Shown one piece after another: positions 1 to 9,504 of a DNA stretch of 64,000 nt. The DNA is from a phage. Within the stretch, counting starts at the first letter, position 1. Each line of letters starts with the position of its first letter. The position numbers and the translations under genes are program-made. Below the pieces are notes generated by a model that was not told the DNA's origin, made no database searches, and was given only the letters and a program-made list of their open reading frames with translations. The DNA is taken from the sequence record NC_135729.1. The stretch is one strand, 5' to 3'.

Positions 1-171
1 TAAAGGGCTGTCACCTACTGGACCAAGAGATAACCACCAGGACTCATCCCTCTCATTCCATTGCATACGCATTTCATACGTTTCATTGTCTAAAACAACA
101 CGCATGGTTTGGTCAGGAAAGCCGTCAATGTCCCACACAAAGGTGATTATGCACCAATCTTTAAGCTCCAT
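1..171 (-). CDS. hypothetical virion protein, N-terminal fragment (gene runs off window start)
   Basis: Minus-strand ATG at 171 with GGGGAG SD directly after the stop of the upstream tail gene; frame open to position 1. Confidence 0.4.
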   Translation of the reverse strand, partial: MELKDWCIITFVWDIDGFPDQTMRVVLDNETYEMRMQWNERDESWWLSLGPVGDSPL

Positions 172-183
172 TATACGCTCCCC

Positions 184-1095
184 TTATTTCCCGTTAACTT
201 TGTTGTAGTTTCCCTGCTCAGATGGGACTATGGTAGAAGGTCTTCCATATTCCTGATAATACCAATCCGCAGCCGATTGGGTAACACCGTTTTCATCTGT
301 CCACATCATAGATTTGTATGGCTGCCACTCCTCTGCAGCGTTTGTGGATGCAGTGTCCGCGAATGCTCCTGTGTCCCTCTTGTTACCTACGTTACTACCA
401 TTCTTACAGTCGTTGACAGCGCCTTTTTGTTGGGTCTTGCCTACTTTCTTAGGATTGCTGTATACAGTTGCATTAACAACCTTATTCAAGTAGAATGTGC
501 GGAACTCTGTAAGTTCTACATCAAACACCATTGCAGCGCCTTCACCAACAGACTTGTTGGCAGAAAGACTGGTTATGATGTAGTTCTCAAGAAGTCTCTC
601 CTCGGTAACCAAAGAAACCAACTGTCGCTTATTGATAATCTCAGTCAAAGCCTCCAATGCAGCGCCTGGTCGCATAGATGCTGCAGGGTTTTTAGAGTCA
701 GTATTCCTATCAATGTAGTTTTGCTCATAGATTATGTGTGGGGATGTATTTACCCTACCAGTAAAAGAAAATACACCATCTTTAATTACGGCGTGGTCTG
801 ACAGGGTAGATTTATCTTCCACCGCAAACCCAGTCTTATCAACAGAATGTTTGAAAGAGTAATTCTCAACCTGATCGAAGATAATGGCAAGATCGTTAGT
901 AAAGTTTTTACCCTTCATCTCCGTATTGCGACCGCCATAGTTAAGACCGCTGACAAACATAGTGTACTTTACATCGCTTTCAGTTTGCTGCTCTGCCTTT
1001 TCAGCCTTTGGAGATTTAACCTCTTGAGGCTTGTACAGGTCTTTTTCATCAACTATATTGCTTGGCATAACCTCTCCAGGACACTCCGATACCAT
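184..1095 (-). CDS. putative distal tail/baseplate protein
   Basis: 303-aa ORF immediately downstream of the tape measure gene in the tail operon; no diagnostic motif. Confidence 0.45.
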   Translation of the reverse strand: MVSECPGEVMPSNIVDEKDLYKPQEVKSPKAEKAEQQTESDVKYTMFVSGLNYGGRNTEMKGKNFTNDLAIIFDQVENYSFKHSVDKTGFAVEDKSTLSDHAVIKDGVFSFTGRVNTSPHIIYEQNYIDRNTDSKNPAASMRPGAALEALTEIINKRQLVSLVTEERLLENYIITSLSANKSVGEGAAMVFDVELTEFRTFYLNKVVNATVYSNPKKVGKTQQKGAVNDCKNGSNVGNKRDTGAFADTASTNAAEEWQPYKSMMWTDENGVTQSAADWYYQEYGRPSTIVPSEQGNYNKVNGK

Positions 1096-1133
1096 CTAGA
1101 TATTGTATCATAAAATAGCCGTTTTTACAACAC

Positions 1134-1163
1134 CGATAAAATAAAGGGGGCCGGAGCCCCCCC
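1134..1163 (-). terminator. intrinsic terminator-like hairpin after tape measure gene
   Basis: GC hairpin (GGGGGGCTCCGGCCCCC on minus) followed by TTTATTTT. Confidence 0.45.
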
Positions 1164-1174
1164 TGCACAGTTTA

Positions 1175-3511
1175 TTACCAAAGGTCGGTAGACATGAAGT
1201 TGATATCTTTATTGTTCTCCCACTCAAGTTTTGCATCAAATATTTTGTTAAACTCACCCTCATCTATTGAAATCGTGATTTTCCCATCACTGATCTCTAA
1301 AGGTAGCATTTCCATAGTTCTTAATTGAGAAGCAAAACCAGGGCCACCCGGCAACGGAAGAGTCCCGCCAGGTAAGGTGTCCAAAGGATTAACAAACCCG
1401 TTACCTCCCGATATGATATCTTTGCGAATCATATCGCTGATAGTATCTAGCTGCTGATTTCTTTCACTTAGTGGGTTGTAACGGTCATTAAATAATTCCC
1501 CGGCGCTTAGTATTGTACCGATAATGCCCAGCTTGCCGAGCCGACCAACTTTGCCACCAGGTGTCTTGAGGCCACCCCCACCTTTTCCTGCCGGAGCTCC
1601 ACCACCAGATCCTTCTGTAGTAGCGGCACCCGCTGCTCCAGCTGCACCCCTTAGAGAGTTAAGGAATTTAAAGGTTTTTACAAGCATGGATGCCATGACA
1701 AAACCTTTTGTTAGGGCGTTGACTACCAGCATGATGGCAGCAGCAAACCCTGCCCATTTAGCATAGCTAAAGGTGTCATGAAGCTCTTCAGAATATTCCT
1801 TCGTCTTAGCTGTTATGAATCCCCATTTAATCCCCCATTCAAGGAAAAACATGCGGATCTTGACTATAGTGTTGTTTAGTTCACCAACTACCCAGTTAAG
1901 GCCTCTCACAAACCCGCTAACAAAATCACCAGAGGCATCCCACACAAATTGCAGAGTCTCACCAGTGCGGATTAGTGTATAATAGAACTCTGTTAGTTCG
2001 TCAGACCAACGGGTGAACAGTTTCTGACGAGTCAGTTCGATGAAGGTTTTCAGTCTGTTTTCTGCCAGCACGTTAGACTTCTGCATTCTTTCATAACCAG
2101 CTGCAGATGCCTCGTTCATGTACTTAGCCACATACTTCATGATCTTGGCTGTTTTAACCTCACCTTTCTTCATCATGTCCATGAACTGATCCATGGAGAG
2201 TTCAGAAAGACCAAAAGCCTCTTTGGTGGCCTTGATAAAAGGTTCGTATGCACCAGGCAATGCTTCAGCAAGTTGTTGCTTCAGTTCTTCGGACATTACT
2301 TGTCCCTTGCCAAGCATCTGTTGGATAGCCATAATACCGCGCTGGTATTTTACCTCATCGGCACCATAAGCAGCAGCATACTGTGAGTATGCAGAAAACA
2401 GCTCATGCACTTCCTGATTTGTCATCTGGTTTTTGGCGTTTACCGACATCTGGGCGTAACCTTGAAGACCAGATTTGAGATCAAAACCAAGACGCATAGC
2501 CTCTTGCTGGACAAACGCAACCTCACTGTTGGCTTTGTTTGGATCTCCAGTAACAGCAGTAAGAGCAGCACTTGCCCCCTCCATCATATGACCGGATCTG
2601 TTAACCGCAGCAAATCCAGAAAAAGCCGTATACGCAGCTGTTGCATTAATAACAGATCTACGTAAGTCTCTCATGGCATCGCCTAGTGTAAGCGTTTGGC
2701 TGGTGGCGCTTTTAAACCCAGACTGCAGCGCTGACAGGTGGGCGTTAAAGGTTGACTTCTTCATCTCCCCGCGAGCAAACCTGGACTCTAACTCTGAGTA
2801 TCCTGGCAAGCTTCCACGGAATCCGGCCCCATACTTGGCAGAAAGTCTTATCGCGGAGTTGTAGAGGTGGGTTCTCCTTGCCTCACGATCCGACATAAGC
2901 CTATTATCCATACCAGCTTTACTGTCTCTTCTTAGCTGTCTATGATAACGATTCATAGCGGCTGTCTGAGCTTTTACAAGGTTAGGGTCGGAAGCCACAC
3001 CCCCCATATTAGGGTTACCGGGGATATATTTGAAAGATTTGGCATTAGCCAAAACTCTTGCCTTAGGTGCCTTATAACCACCGTAAGACACTGGTGCAGA
3101 TTTGGCAGCCTTTTTGGCCTCTTTAGCTTGCTGCTGGTAGAACTTACGCATCCTAGCCATTTCTGGATTTTTAGCGGTAAGATTACCTACAGCTTGTTTA
3201 CGTCTCGCATTCTCCCTACGTTCTATTGCAGCCCTTACTGCAGCCTCTTTCTTGGCCTGTGCTACGCTCTCTCTGTGCAGTTTAGCATTTGCCTGAGATT
3301 GCTGTCTGGCAACCCTCTGCATTGTCTGCTGGGTTTTAACAGCTACCGCCTGCCATCTACTCATGGGGTTGGCTGAGTTAAAATCCTCGCCCAGTTTCCT
3401 GAACTCCCTCCCAATACTGCGAATTTTCTCGACAGCTTTTTTGTAGGAGGAGTTCTCTATCTCAAAGCCAATCTTGTTGACTGTTGTGGCAACTATTTTG
3501 TTTGTAGCCAT
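1175..3511 (-). CDS. tail tape measure protein
   Basis: 778 aa, long helical/coiled N-terminal part and Gly/Ala-rich segment; sits after sheath-tube-chaperone genes. Confidence 0.75.
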   Translation of the reverse strand: MATNKIVATTVNKIGFEIENSSYKKAVEKIRSIGREFRKLGEDFNSANPMSRWQAVAVKTQQTMQRVARQQSQANAKLHRESVAQAKKEAAVRAAIERRENARRKQAVGNLTAKNPEMARMRKFYQQQAKEAKKAAKSAPVSYGGYKAPKARVLANAKSFKYIPGNPNMGGVASDPNLVKAQTAAMNRYHRQLRRDSKAGMDNRLMSDREARRTHLYNSAIRLSAKYGAGFRGSLPGYSELESRFARGEMKKSTFNAHLSALQSGFKSATSQTLTLGDAMRDLRRSVINATAAYTAFSGFAAVNRSGHMMEGASAALTAVTGDPNKANSEVAFVQQEAMRLGFDLKSGLQGYAQMSVNAKNQMTNQEVHELFSAYSQYAAAYGADEVKYQRGIMAIQQMLGKGQVMSEELKQQLAEALPGAYEPFIKATKEAFGLSELSMDQFMDMMKKGEVKTAKIMKYVAKYMNEASAAGYERMQKSNVLAENRLKTFIELTRQKLFTRWSDELTEFYYTLIRTGETLQFVWDASGDFVSGFVRGLNWVVGELNNTIVKIRMFFLEWGIKWGFITAKTKEYSEELHDTFSYAKWAGFAAAIMLVVNALTKGFVMASMLVKTFKFLNSLRGAAGAAGAATTEGSGGGAPAGKGGGGLKTPGGKVGRLGKLGIIGTILSAGELFNDRYNPLSERNQQLDTISDMIRKDIISGGNGFVNPLDTLPGGTLPLPGGPGFASQLRTMEMLPLEISDGKITISIDEGEFNKIFDAKLEWENNKDINFMSTDLW

Positions 3512-3520
3512 GGTTTCCTC

Positions 3521-3560
3521 ATAATAAAAAGGGCCAGATCCCAGAAAAGGAATCCGGCCC
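3521..3560 (-). terminator. intrinsic terminator-like hairpin between chaperone and tape measure genes
   Basis: Imperfect GC hairpin followed by TTTTTATT on minus strand. Confidence 0.4.
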
Positions 3561-3565
3561 TTAGA

Positions 3566-3814
3566 TTATCCTCTCCTGCGCTTAGCTTTCGCAGCAGCTG
3601 CGGCAGCCTTCTGCTCCCGCTCCATTTCCCTGTTTTGGACGGTATCTAGGAATTCTTCGATATCAAGATACTCACAGAGCTTCAGGAAATACGCCATATC
3701 TGCAAGATTTAGCGATTCAAAATTTTCCCCTTTGAAATTCTTGAGCACCCTACACCAAAGAAAGTCGAACCAGTTGAGTGAACTGTTCTTGGCTGCCCAC
3801 TCACTGGCCCTCAC
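3566..3814 (-). CDS. tail assembly chaperone, second ORF (gpT-like, possible -1 frameshift extension)
   Basis: 82-aa ORF in -1 frame relative to the upstream chaperone ORF; position between tube and tape measure genes. Confidence 0.4.
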   Translation of the reverse strand: MRASEWAAKNSSLNWFDFLWCRVLKNFKGENFESLNLADMAYFLKLCEYLDIEEFLDTVQNREMEREQKAAAAAAKAKRRRG

Positions 3815-3825
3815 AACAACCTTGC

Positions 3826-4299
3826 TTATTCCTGCTCTTCCGGAGTCTGATCCAGGTTGTTCACCTGCTGAATCATACCCATCTGCTGTAACATCTCCAG
3901 AAGGCTTCCTAAACCGTCTTGTGTGAAAAAACAGCCGTAGTTAACCTCCAGAACCTTACCTGCCAGCTTAATCATCTCCAGCAGATGCCCTGCAAACACA
4001 ACATCTGGGTTAAGCTTATCCACACCATCTACGGTAATATCTTCGAACAAGATTTTAAATAACTCTTCAATAGAGCTATCATCAAGTTCTTGGAACAGGT
4101 AAGCCAGAGCAGTAGGAAGGACCTCTGCCATATTCTGACCACCAGAGATAATAGATCCACCGATAGCACCTAGCGGGACAGCCACAATCTTACCGATTTT
4201 AGGCATGTTTTTCATTGCTTTCATCGGTCCCCAGTGGGTGATCACAAAGTTGTGCCCTGCTAAATCAATCTCTGTTGTAGGTCTAAAGTTTATAGCCAT
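3826..4299 (-). CDS. tail assembly chaperone (gpG-like)
   Basis: 157-aa acidic ORF between tail tube and tape measure genes. Confidence 0.5.
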   Translation of the reverse strand: MAINFRPTTEIDLAGHNFVITHWGPMKAMKNMPKIGKIVAVPLGAIGGSIISGGQNMAEVLPTALAYLFQELDDSSIEELFKILFEDITVDGVDKLNPDVVFAGHLLEMIKLAGKVLEVNYGCFFTQDGLGSLLEMLQQMGMIQQVNNLDQTPEEQE

Positions 4300-4461
4300 T
4301 TTATAGCATCCTTATTAGTCATGTTGTGCACCATATTTGTGTATTTTACCATGATTATGGTGCATTGTCAATTTAACCTTTCAAGCAATTCAAGAACGTG
4401 TGTCAAAACCATAAAAGCAAAAAGCCCCACCCGAAGGTGAGGCTTATGCTAAAGTGTGCCC

Positions 4462-4935
4462 TTAGATAATACCTGCAAGACCTGCGAGGCCAGTAAGAGC
4501 ACCAGTGATGTTATCACGGTTGAGCCATGCATCCAGAATACCGATATCCCAGTCCAGCTGACCTACTTCGGTTCCGTAAGTCAGGTCAGGCTGTTTCTGG
4601 ATCCAACCAATTGTGAAAATACCAGGACCCTGGCTACCTTCCAGCAGAACTGGGAAGAATACCAGACCAGTAATCGATGCCTGTTTCTGCCAGTCAGAAA
4701 GGTAAGCGTTCCATACAGAAGTGTTCTGCAAAGATACAGTCATAACACCAGATTGGTTACGAGACAGGGCCGCAGACATTTCGCCATCCACACCAACGTG
4801 AGGGTAGATGTTGTCTTCGTTTCTTGAAACAACGATCTTGGTGTCAGCAGCGAAGCCAGTGACACGCTGCTGCATCAGGTACAGTTTGACCTTTTTAGGG
4901 TCATACGCATAAGGAGTTAAAATTTGAGTTTCCAT
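4462..4935 (-). CDS. tail tube protein
   Basis: 157-aa ORF directly downstream of the putative sheath gene; size and position typical of contractile-tail tube proteins. Confidence 0.5.
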   Translation of the reverse strand: METQILTPYAYDPKKVKLYLMQQRVTGFAADTKIVVSRNEDNIYPHVGVDGEMSAALSRNQSGVMTVSLQNTSVWNAYLSDWQKQASITGLVFFPVLLEGSQGPGIFTIGWIQKQPDLTYGTEVGQLDWDIGILDAWLNRDNITGALTGLAGLAGII

Positions 4936-4945
4936 CTAGTCTTCC

Positions 4946-6322
4946 TTATTCAGTCATTGCAACAGCATTGGTGGATTTAGAACCAACTTTGTCCAGAAGA
5001 ACGTTGATCCGGATACGAACGAAGTGCAGGGCGTTGTTATACACCAGTTCTACTTTCACACCTTCCAGAACACGAGCAGCCAACTGATTGGTTGGGATTT
5101 CTGCACGTTTAGGAACTGTGATGATCGGGTCGTAGAATACATTATTGTCTTCGTCGAAACCTGTCAGGATCGCACCATTCTTAATGCCAGTGTTGATTGG
5201 GTTGTTCATCAGGACAGACTTGATAACCGGAAGATCATCATCAGACATCTTCATGCTTAAACCCATGTTGGAGCGACGATGCATGTACCCAAACATAGAT
5301 TCTTCAGATCTGAACTTGATCCAGTGTGCAAAACGAATAGCGTCTGCATACTGACCTGAAGCACACTTACCTTCCCAGAAAGCGCCAACACCGTTAATCA
5401 TTCTGTAGAAGTTAACGTGGTTTTCCCAAATAGCCATACGCTGAGTTAAAGTCAGAGACGGTGCAATCACACCTGGCATCTGTTTTAAGTGCAAGCTGTC
5501 GCCGTAAGACGGATCGTTGGATGCCATAGCACCTATGATACCACCCTCCGGGAAGTCCTTATCTGCACGAGGATCGTACATGCCGACACTGTCATATTGT
5601 GCAGCTTTCAGTTTGGTGGCGATGTTATTATCTTTACCAGTCACATCTTCTGCAGTAGAGTAGACATGCAGCTTGTAGTTAGCCTGAGCCCACTTAGCAC
5701 ATGCTTCAATGTCGGTGTGGTCTTCATGGCACAGGAAGTACCAATTGTCACGCTCAGCATTGATCTTATCAACTACTGTAGAAGGTTTTTCAGCATTGGC
5801 GATATTTTTGATTGTATAGTTACCAGTATGGTAACCAACAGTACAGTCACCAGTGATGGTGATAACACCATCAGCAGCCTCTACAGTGATATCGTCCAAG
5901 TTATCATCTGCTTCGATTTTAGTCTTCATTGACTCTGCAATCTGAGTTGCAGCTGTTCCACCAGAGATAGGGACTATCAAAGAGGTATTGTAGCTACCTT
6001 TTGCAATAGTCATTACGACATCGGTATCAGCTGCGGCAGCAATACCTTTAAAATCTACAGTGGTCTTTTCTTTGGCCTGTCTGCCGATCATAACGTATTG
6101 TGGAGGGAATACACCACCAAAAGCTTTTGCTGCAAACTCATACGCTGCAGAGCCTTGTGCGAAACCATCTTCCACCATCTGATCCAGCTCTGCATATACG
6201 CGAGCTCGCTCAGTAAAGTTGTTGTGGATAGCGATGAACAGGGGAGTTTCGAAACCTACAGTGTCAATAGGCTGGGTTCCGAGGTTAACTGTAACATCTA
6301 CCACTTTATCTAAATATGGCAT
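4946..6322 (-). CDS. tail sheath protein
   Basis: 458-aa ORF preceding tube, chaperones and tape measure, the canonical myovirus gene order. Confidence 0.6.
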   Translation of the reverse strand: MPYLDKVVDVTVNLGTQPIDTVGFETPLFIAIHNNFTERARVYAELDQMVEDGFAQGSAAYEFAAKAFGGVFPPQYVMIGRQAKEKTTVDFKGIAAAADTDVVMTIAKGSYNTSLIVPISGGTAATQIAESMKTKIEADDNLDDITVEAADGVITITGDCTVGYHTGNYTIKNIANAEKPSTVVDKINAERDNWYFLCHEDHTDIEACAKWAQANYKLHVYSTAEDVTGKDNNIATKLKAAQYDSVGMYDPRADKDFPEGGIIGAMASNDPSYGDSLHLKQMPGVIAPSLTLTQRMAIWENHVNFYRMINGVGAFWEGKCASGQYADAIRFAHWIKFRSEESMFGYMHRRSNMGLSMKMSDDDLPVIKSVLMNNPINTGIKNGAILTGFDEDNNVFYDPIITVPKRAEIPTNQLAARVLEGVKVELVYNNALHFVRIRINVLLDKVGSKSTNAVAMTE

Positions 6323-6394
6323 TTGTTTCCTCTTAATATCTGTGCACGGATATCAAACACGCAGTGTAATCATTACACTACACAATTATAACGA

Positions 6395-6946
6395 TTACTG
6401 ACCACTGTCTGTAACCGCTTTACCAGAATTGGGTGAAGGGAAGTGTGTGGTTATTTCAGCCTTAATTCCCTGAAGATCCTCAAAAGCCCCAATGTCTGTT
6501 TCAACAAACCTTACGTTAAATGTCAGCATCACAGTGGCTCTATTTTCATACGTCTGTTTATTCAACGGCACTCTTTGAGGTGAGATTGTTGAATTGTTAG
6601 AGTAGGCAAAGCACGATCCCATAGGGAAATACTTGTCATAAAACATTGGAAGATTTATTGCTTGCAATACTCTGCTAAGTGCAGCATGTGCCCTGCCACG
6701 ATAAGCTGTTAACAGATAGGTAACAGTGTAACTGTGTGTTACGTAAGCATTACCCTCCGCATCTTGAAACTCATTATCTTCCCAAGTGGTGGGATTGATC
6801 GCCAAGGTTTGTAAAAGCACAAACTCACCTTCCGGCTTCGGTATGGTAGAGCTTTCTGCCAGAACTACAGTTCTTCCTGTGGCAACCTTGACAAGCTTAG
6901 CAATGGTTGTTTCAAGATCAGAAAAAACTTTTTCGAAAGCTTCCAT
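6395..6946 (-). CDS. hypothetical structural protein (neck/tail completion region)
   Basis: 183-aa ORF between capsid and sheath genes. Confidence 0.4.
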   Translation of the reverse strand: MEAFEKVFSDLETTIAKLVKVATGRTVVLAESSTIPKPEGEFVLLQTLAINPTTWEDNEFQDAEGNAYVTHSYTVTYLLTAYRGRAHAALSRVLQAINLPMFYDKYFPMGSCFAYSNNSTISPQRVPLNKQTYENRATVMLTFNVRFVETDIGAFEDLQGIKAEITTHFPSPNSGKAVTDSGQ

Positions 6947-7371
6947 CAGTCTTCTCCTTCAGGCTCTTCTACCACAAAAAATCTATATCTTCCACCACCA
7001 GACGTGACATATGCATCGCATTTTAAAACGGTAAACCATTTCAAGTCACCACGGATGTCAGGCAGCTGAATTTGATCAGCCATTGCATATGTTCCTTCAT
7101 CTGGACTATACAACTTGGTTGAGGAGTAAACTGTAAAAGCCTCGTACTGTCTGTCACCTTCTGGATTTATTTGAGAGGAGTAATCTTTAGCTGCCCTTCC
7201 TGTCAACGGCTGCACAACACACTCTAAGACATCAAACTCTTCATACTCAAGTTCTAACCCCTCGTTAGCAAAAGGACCACCAACTGTTTTGTTATACACT
7301 CTGTGGCGACCTTTGAATGTTTTACGGGGTATTAGCCTGTTCTTTCCTATCAGCTTATAACCTGCTGCCAC
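6946..7371 (-). CDS. hypothetical structural protein (neck/tail completion region)
   Basis: 141-aa ORF, start overlaps stop of downstream gene (translational coupling). Confidence 0.4.
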   Translation of the reverse strand: MAAGYKLIGKNRLIPRKTFKGRHRVYNKTVGGPFANEGLELEYEEFDVLECVVQPLTGRAAKDYSSQINPEGDRQYEAFTVYSSTKLYSPDEGTYAMADQIQLPDIRGDLKWFTVLKCDAYVTSGGGRYRFFVVEEPEGED

Positions 7372-7380
7372 TCAACCCCC

Positions 7381-7857
7381 TTATTTTTGCTGTCCAATTT
7401 TAAAGGTTGCAGATTCCAGCAGCACATCGTAATGCCGCATAGCCTCGTTGAAGCCCTTCTCTTGTGCCCACTGCTCACTAACAGTAGGGTTACTAAACTG
7501 ACCAGCCTCAATAACAAACTGGATAGCTTTGGCCCCTGTGTCCCCCATCTGCTTAAGAATAGCCTCTGCACTTGATCCTCTAGCCATAGCTCTCAACAAT
7601 TTTTCTGTCAAGGTCTGTAGTTGAGTGCTGTGAAATGCAAAAGCTGTCTCCATGAAATTGCGAACAGGCAGCCCGTTCCAACCGAAGTTGTGAATGGCTG
7701 CCAATGTTGCCATATTTAAGCCTGACGGGTGAGGTTCGTCATAAAAGCCGTAGGTTATTGTTTTACTTTCAAGTCTCACAAGTTCTTTGTAGAAGCGATC
7801 TAAACGCTTTAGGTTGAACTTTGTTTGACATTTAACCTTTAGCATTATATCCCTCAC
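7381..7857 (-). CDS. hypothetical structural protein (head-tail joining region)
   Basis: 158-aa ORF in late operon. Confidence 0.4.
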   Translation of the reverse strand: MRDIMLKVKCQTKFNLKRLDRFYKELVRLESKTITYGFYDEPHPSGLNMATLAAIHNFGWNGLPVRNFMETAFAFHSTQLQTLTEKLLRAMARGSSAEAILKQMGDTGAKAIQFVIEAGQFSNPTVSEQWAQEKGFNEAMRHYDVLLESATFKIGQQK

Positions 7858-7898
7858 TAATGTATTTTACCACAAAGATACATCAAAAGCAACAATTT

Positions 7899-8519
7899 TT
7901 AAAAACTGCGTTTGCGTCTTGGGTGGCGAGGAGGTTGGTTATTTAGACCACTGATAGGTGTAATCCCCTGGACATCGAACGGTCCGTTGCTGTTTTCATT
8001 AAATTTAACCCGAATTCCTTCATCTACACGAACACCACCAATGATAATCATTCTGCTGTAAGCATCTAGCTCAGAATCTACATAGTCTGGGTGTGCCAGC
8101 AGCCAATCAAGGAAATCTTTCCATTGGGCGTAGGAAGATCCACCACGAATCTCTATGGTCTCATCACCTATTTTTTCCAGACGGGAAGTTATACTTGCAT
8201 TACCGCTGGACACTTCCTGCATCATTAGCCACCGCACAAGCTGCACAAGCACATTGTACTTAAGCAGAGGTAGCTTATCAGGGTCTGCCGGATAATTTAG
8301 TTTCAACTTCTCCATGTCAAGGAATGTTTTAATTACCTCATCAGGGAGAGTTTCCTCATCAACATTGCCGAGCAACAACCTCATAATATTAATAAGAGGT
8401 TGGTCTGGATCAGGTTCCGGAAGTACAGGATCTTCTTTTGGTGGTTCTTCTGGGGTATCGACTACACCATCATGGTTAGGCGGTGACGGGATAATCTCTT
8501 CATCTTCATACCATGCCAT
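7899..8519 (-). CDS. hypothetical structural protein
   Basis: Track ORF 7899..8576; start moved to internal Met (MAWYEDEE) because the 5' end overlaps a terminator hairpin; GAGGT SD upstream. Confidence 0.4.
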   Translation of the reverse strand: MAWYEDEEIIPSPPNHDGVVDTPEEPPKEDPVLPEPDPDQPLINIMRLLLGNVDEETLPDEVIKTFLDMEKLKLNYPADPDKLPLLKYNVLVQLVRWLMMQEVSSGNASITSRLEKIGDETIEIRGGSSYAQWKDFLDWLLAHPDYVDSELDAYSRMIIIGGVRVDEGIRVKFNENSNGPFDVQGITPISGLNNQPPRHPRRKRSF

Positions 8520-8534
8520 TTGAAAATACCTCGT

Positions 8535-8569
8535 AAAAATAAAGCCCCATTCCTGATTTGGAAGGGGCC
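8535..8569 (-). terminator. intrinsic terminator-like hairpin
   Basis: GGCCCC...GGGGC hairpin followed by TTTATTTTT on minus strand. Confidence 0.45.
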
Positions 8570-8578
8570 TTAACAAAA

Positions 8579-9424
8579 TTATGCCAGTGCAGCCTCAAAA
8601 TCTTTCATCATATTTTGGAAAGTTTTTGCCTTACTTAAGGTAACACCGTGCTCTTTGGCGAAGGTTTGGAGTGCATCTTTTGAACCACTTTTGTCATCTT
8701 CGTTGTTAAGAGCTGCGGCCTGCTGCAGTATGGCATCAATATCACTGCGAGAAGATCTTGATTCTTGTGCCTGTTCAGGATCCTGCTCAGTGCCTCCCGG
8801 TGCAGCCGGATCTGGGGATTCTTCACCGTCACCACCAGGTTCAGTAGGACCTACAGGCGGCTCCGGTTCTGGTTCAGGCGGTGGAGCTATCGTAGAAACC
8901 AGTCCAAGATTTACAACCTGAGAACGTTTCTTAGGCCACTCAATGGTGAAAGTTTGGGTATCTTCTTCATAAACAATGTTGCATTGCTCATCGTTTATGG
9001 TCACTTTTTTAGGCATCCCTACAGGGTCCCATAGATGCCCCTCTGCCACGGAAACTTGGAAAGCAGCATCTACCTCTTTAAACACTGACGGGGTGAGGGT
9101 GATATTGACATCCCCGCTTTGCAGTGTTAAAGTGCTTTCATCAAGGTTCTCTGTGAAGAACAGAAGAATAACACCCATACGGATAGTTGAAATACCAGTA
9201 TCAATTGGCAGGCCTGTATGTTTTGCAATCTTCTCAAAGAAGTCTACAATCGTTCTACATGGATAGTGAACACTGCCAATAACGAATTCTGTTGGTGGCA
9301 GCAGGGCTGATAAACCAACATTGATTTCTGGGTTATATTGTGCTAAAAATTGATAAAAACTTAACTGATTGTTGAAAACTCTTAATAGCGGATCATACTC
9401 AACTGGATATACGGCTCTCTTCAC
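8579..9424 (-). CDS. hypothetical virion protein with Pro/Glu-rich linker
   Basis: 281 aa; N-terminal domain, PPPEPEPEPP linker, short C-terminal domain; directly downstream of capsid gene. Confidence 0.4.
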   Translation of the reverse strand: MKRAVYPVEYDPLLRVFNNQLSFYQFLAQYNPEINVGLSALLPPTEFVIGSVHYPCRTIVDFFEKIAKHTGLPIDTGISTIRMGVILLFFTENLDESTLTLQSGDVNITLTPSVFKEVDAAFQVSVAEGHLWDPVGMPKKVTINDEQCNIVYEEDTQTFTIEWPKKRSQVVNLGLVSTIAPPPEPEPEPPVGPTEPGGDGEESPDPAAPGGTEQDPEQAQESRSSRSDIDAILQQAAALNNEDDKSGSKDALQTFAKEHGVTLSKAKTFQNMMKDFEAALA

Positions 9425-9444
9425 GGGACACTCCTGTTAAACCC

Positions 9445-9480
9445 TAATAAATAAAAAGGGGAGGGGAGAACCCCCTCCCC
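9445..9480 (-). terminator. intrinsic terminator after major capsid gene
   Basis: Perfect 9-bp GC stem (GGGGAGGGG/CCCCTCCCC) followed by T-rich run on minus strand. Confidence 0.6.
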
Positions 9481-9504
9481 ATATGGGATGAATCACCTTA
9501 GTGA

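Noticed and set aside
109-801. 230-aa plus-strand ORF
   Set aside because: Lies antisense to the 303-aa tail gene of the late operon; translation is Cys/Leu/Val-rich low-complexity and lacks a ribosome-binding site.
1524-1766. Pro/Ala-rich plus-strand ORF inside the tape measure gene
   Set aside because: Mirror-strand artefact of the Gly/Ala-rich tape measure segment.
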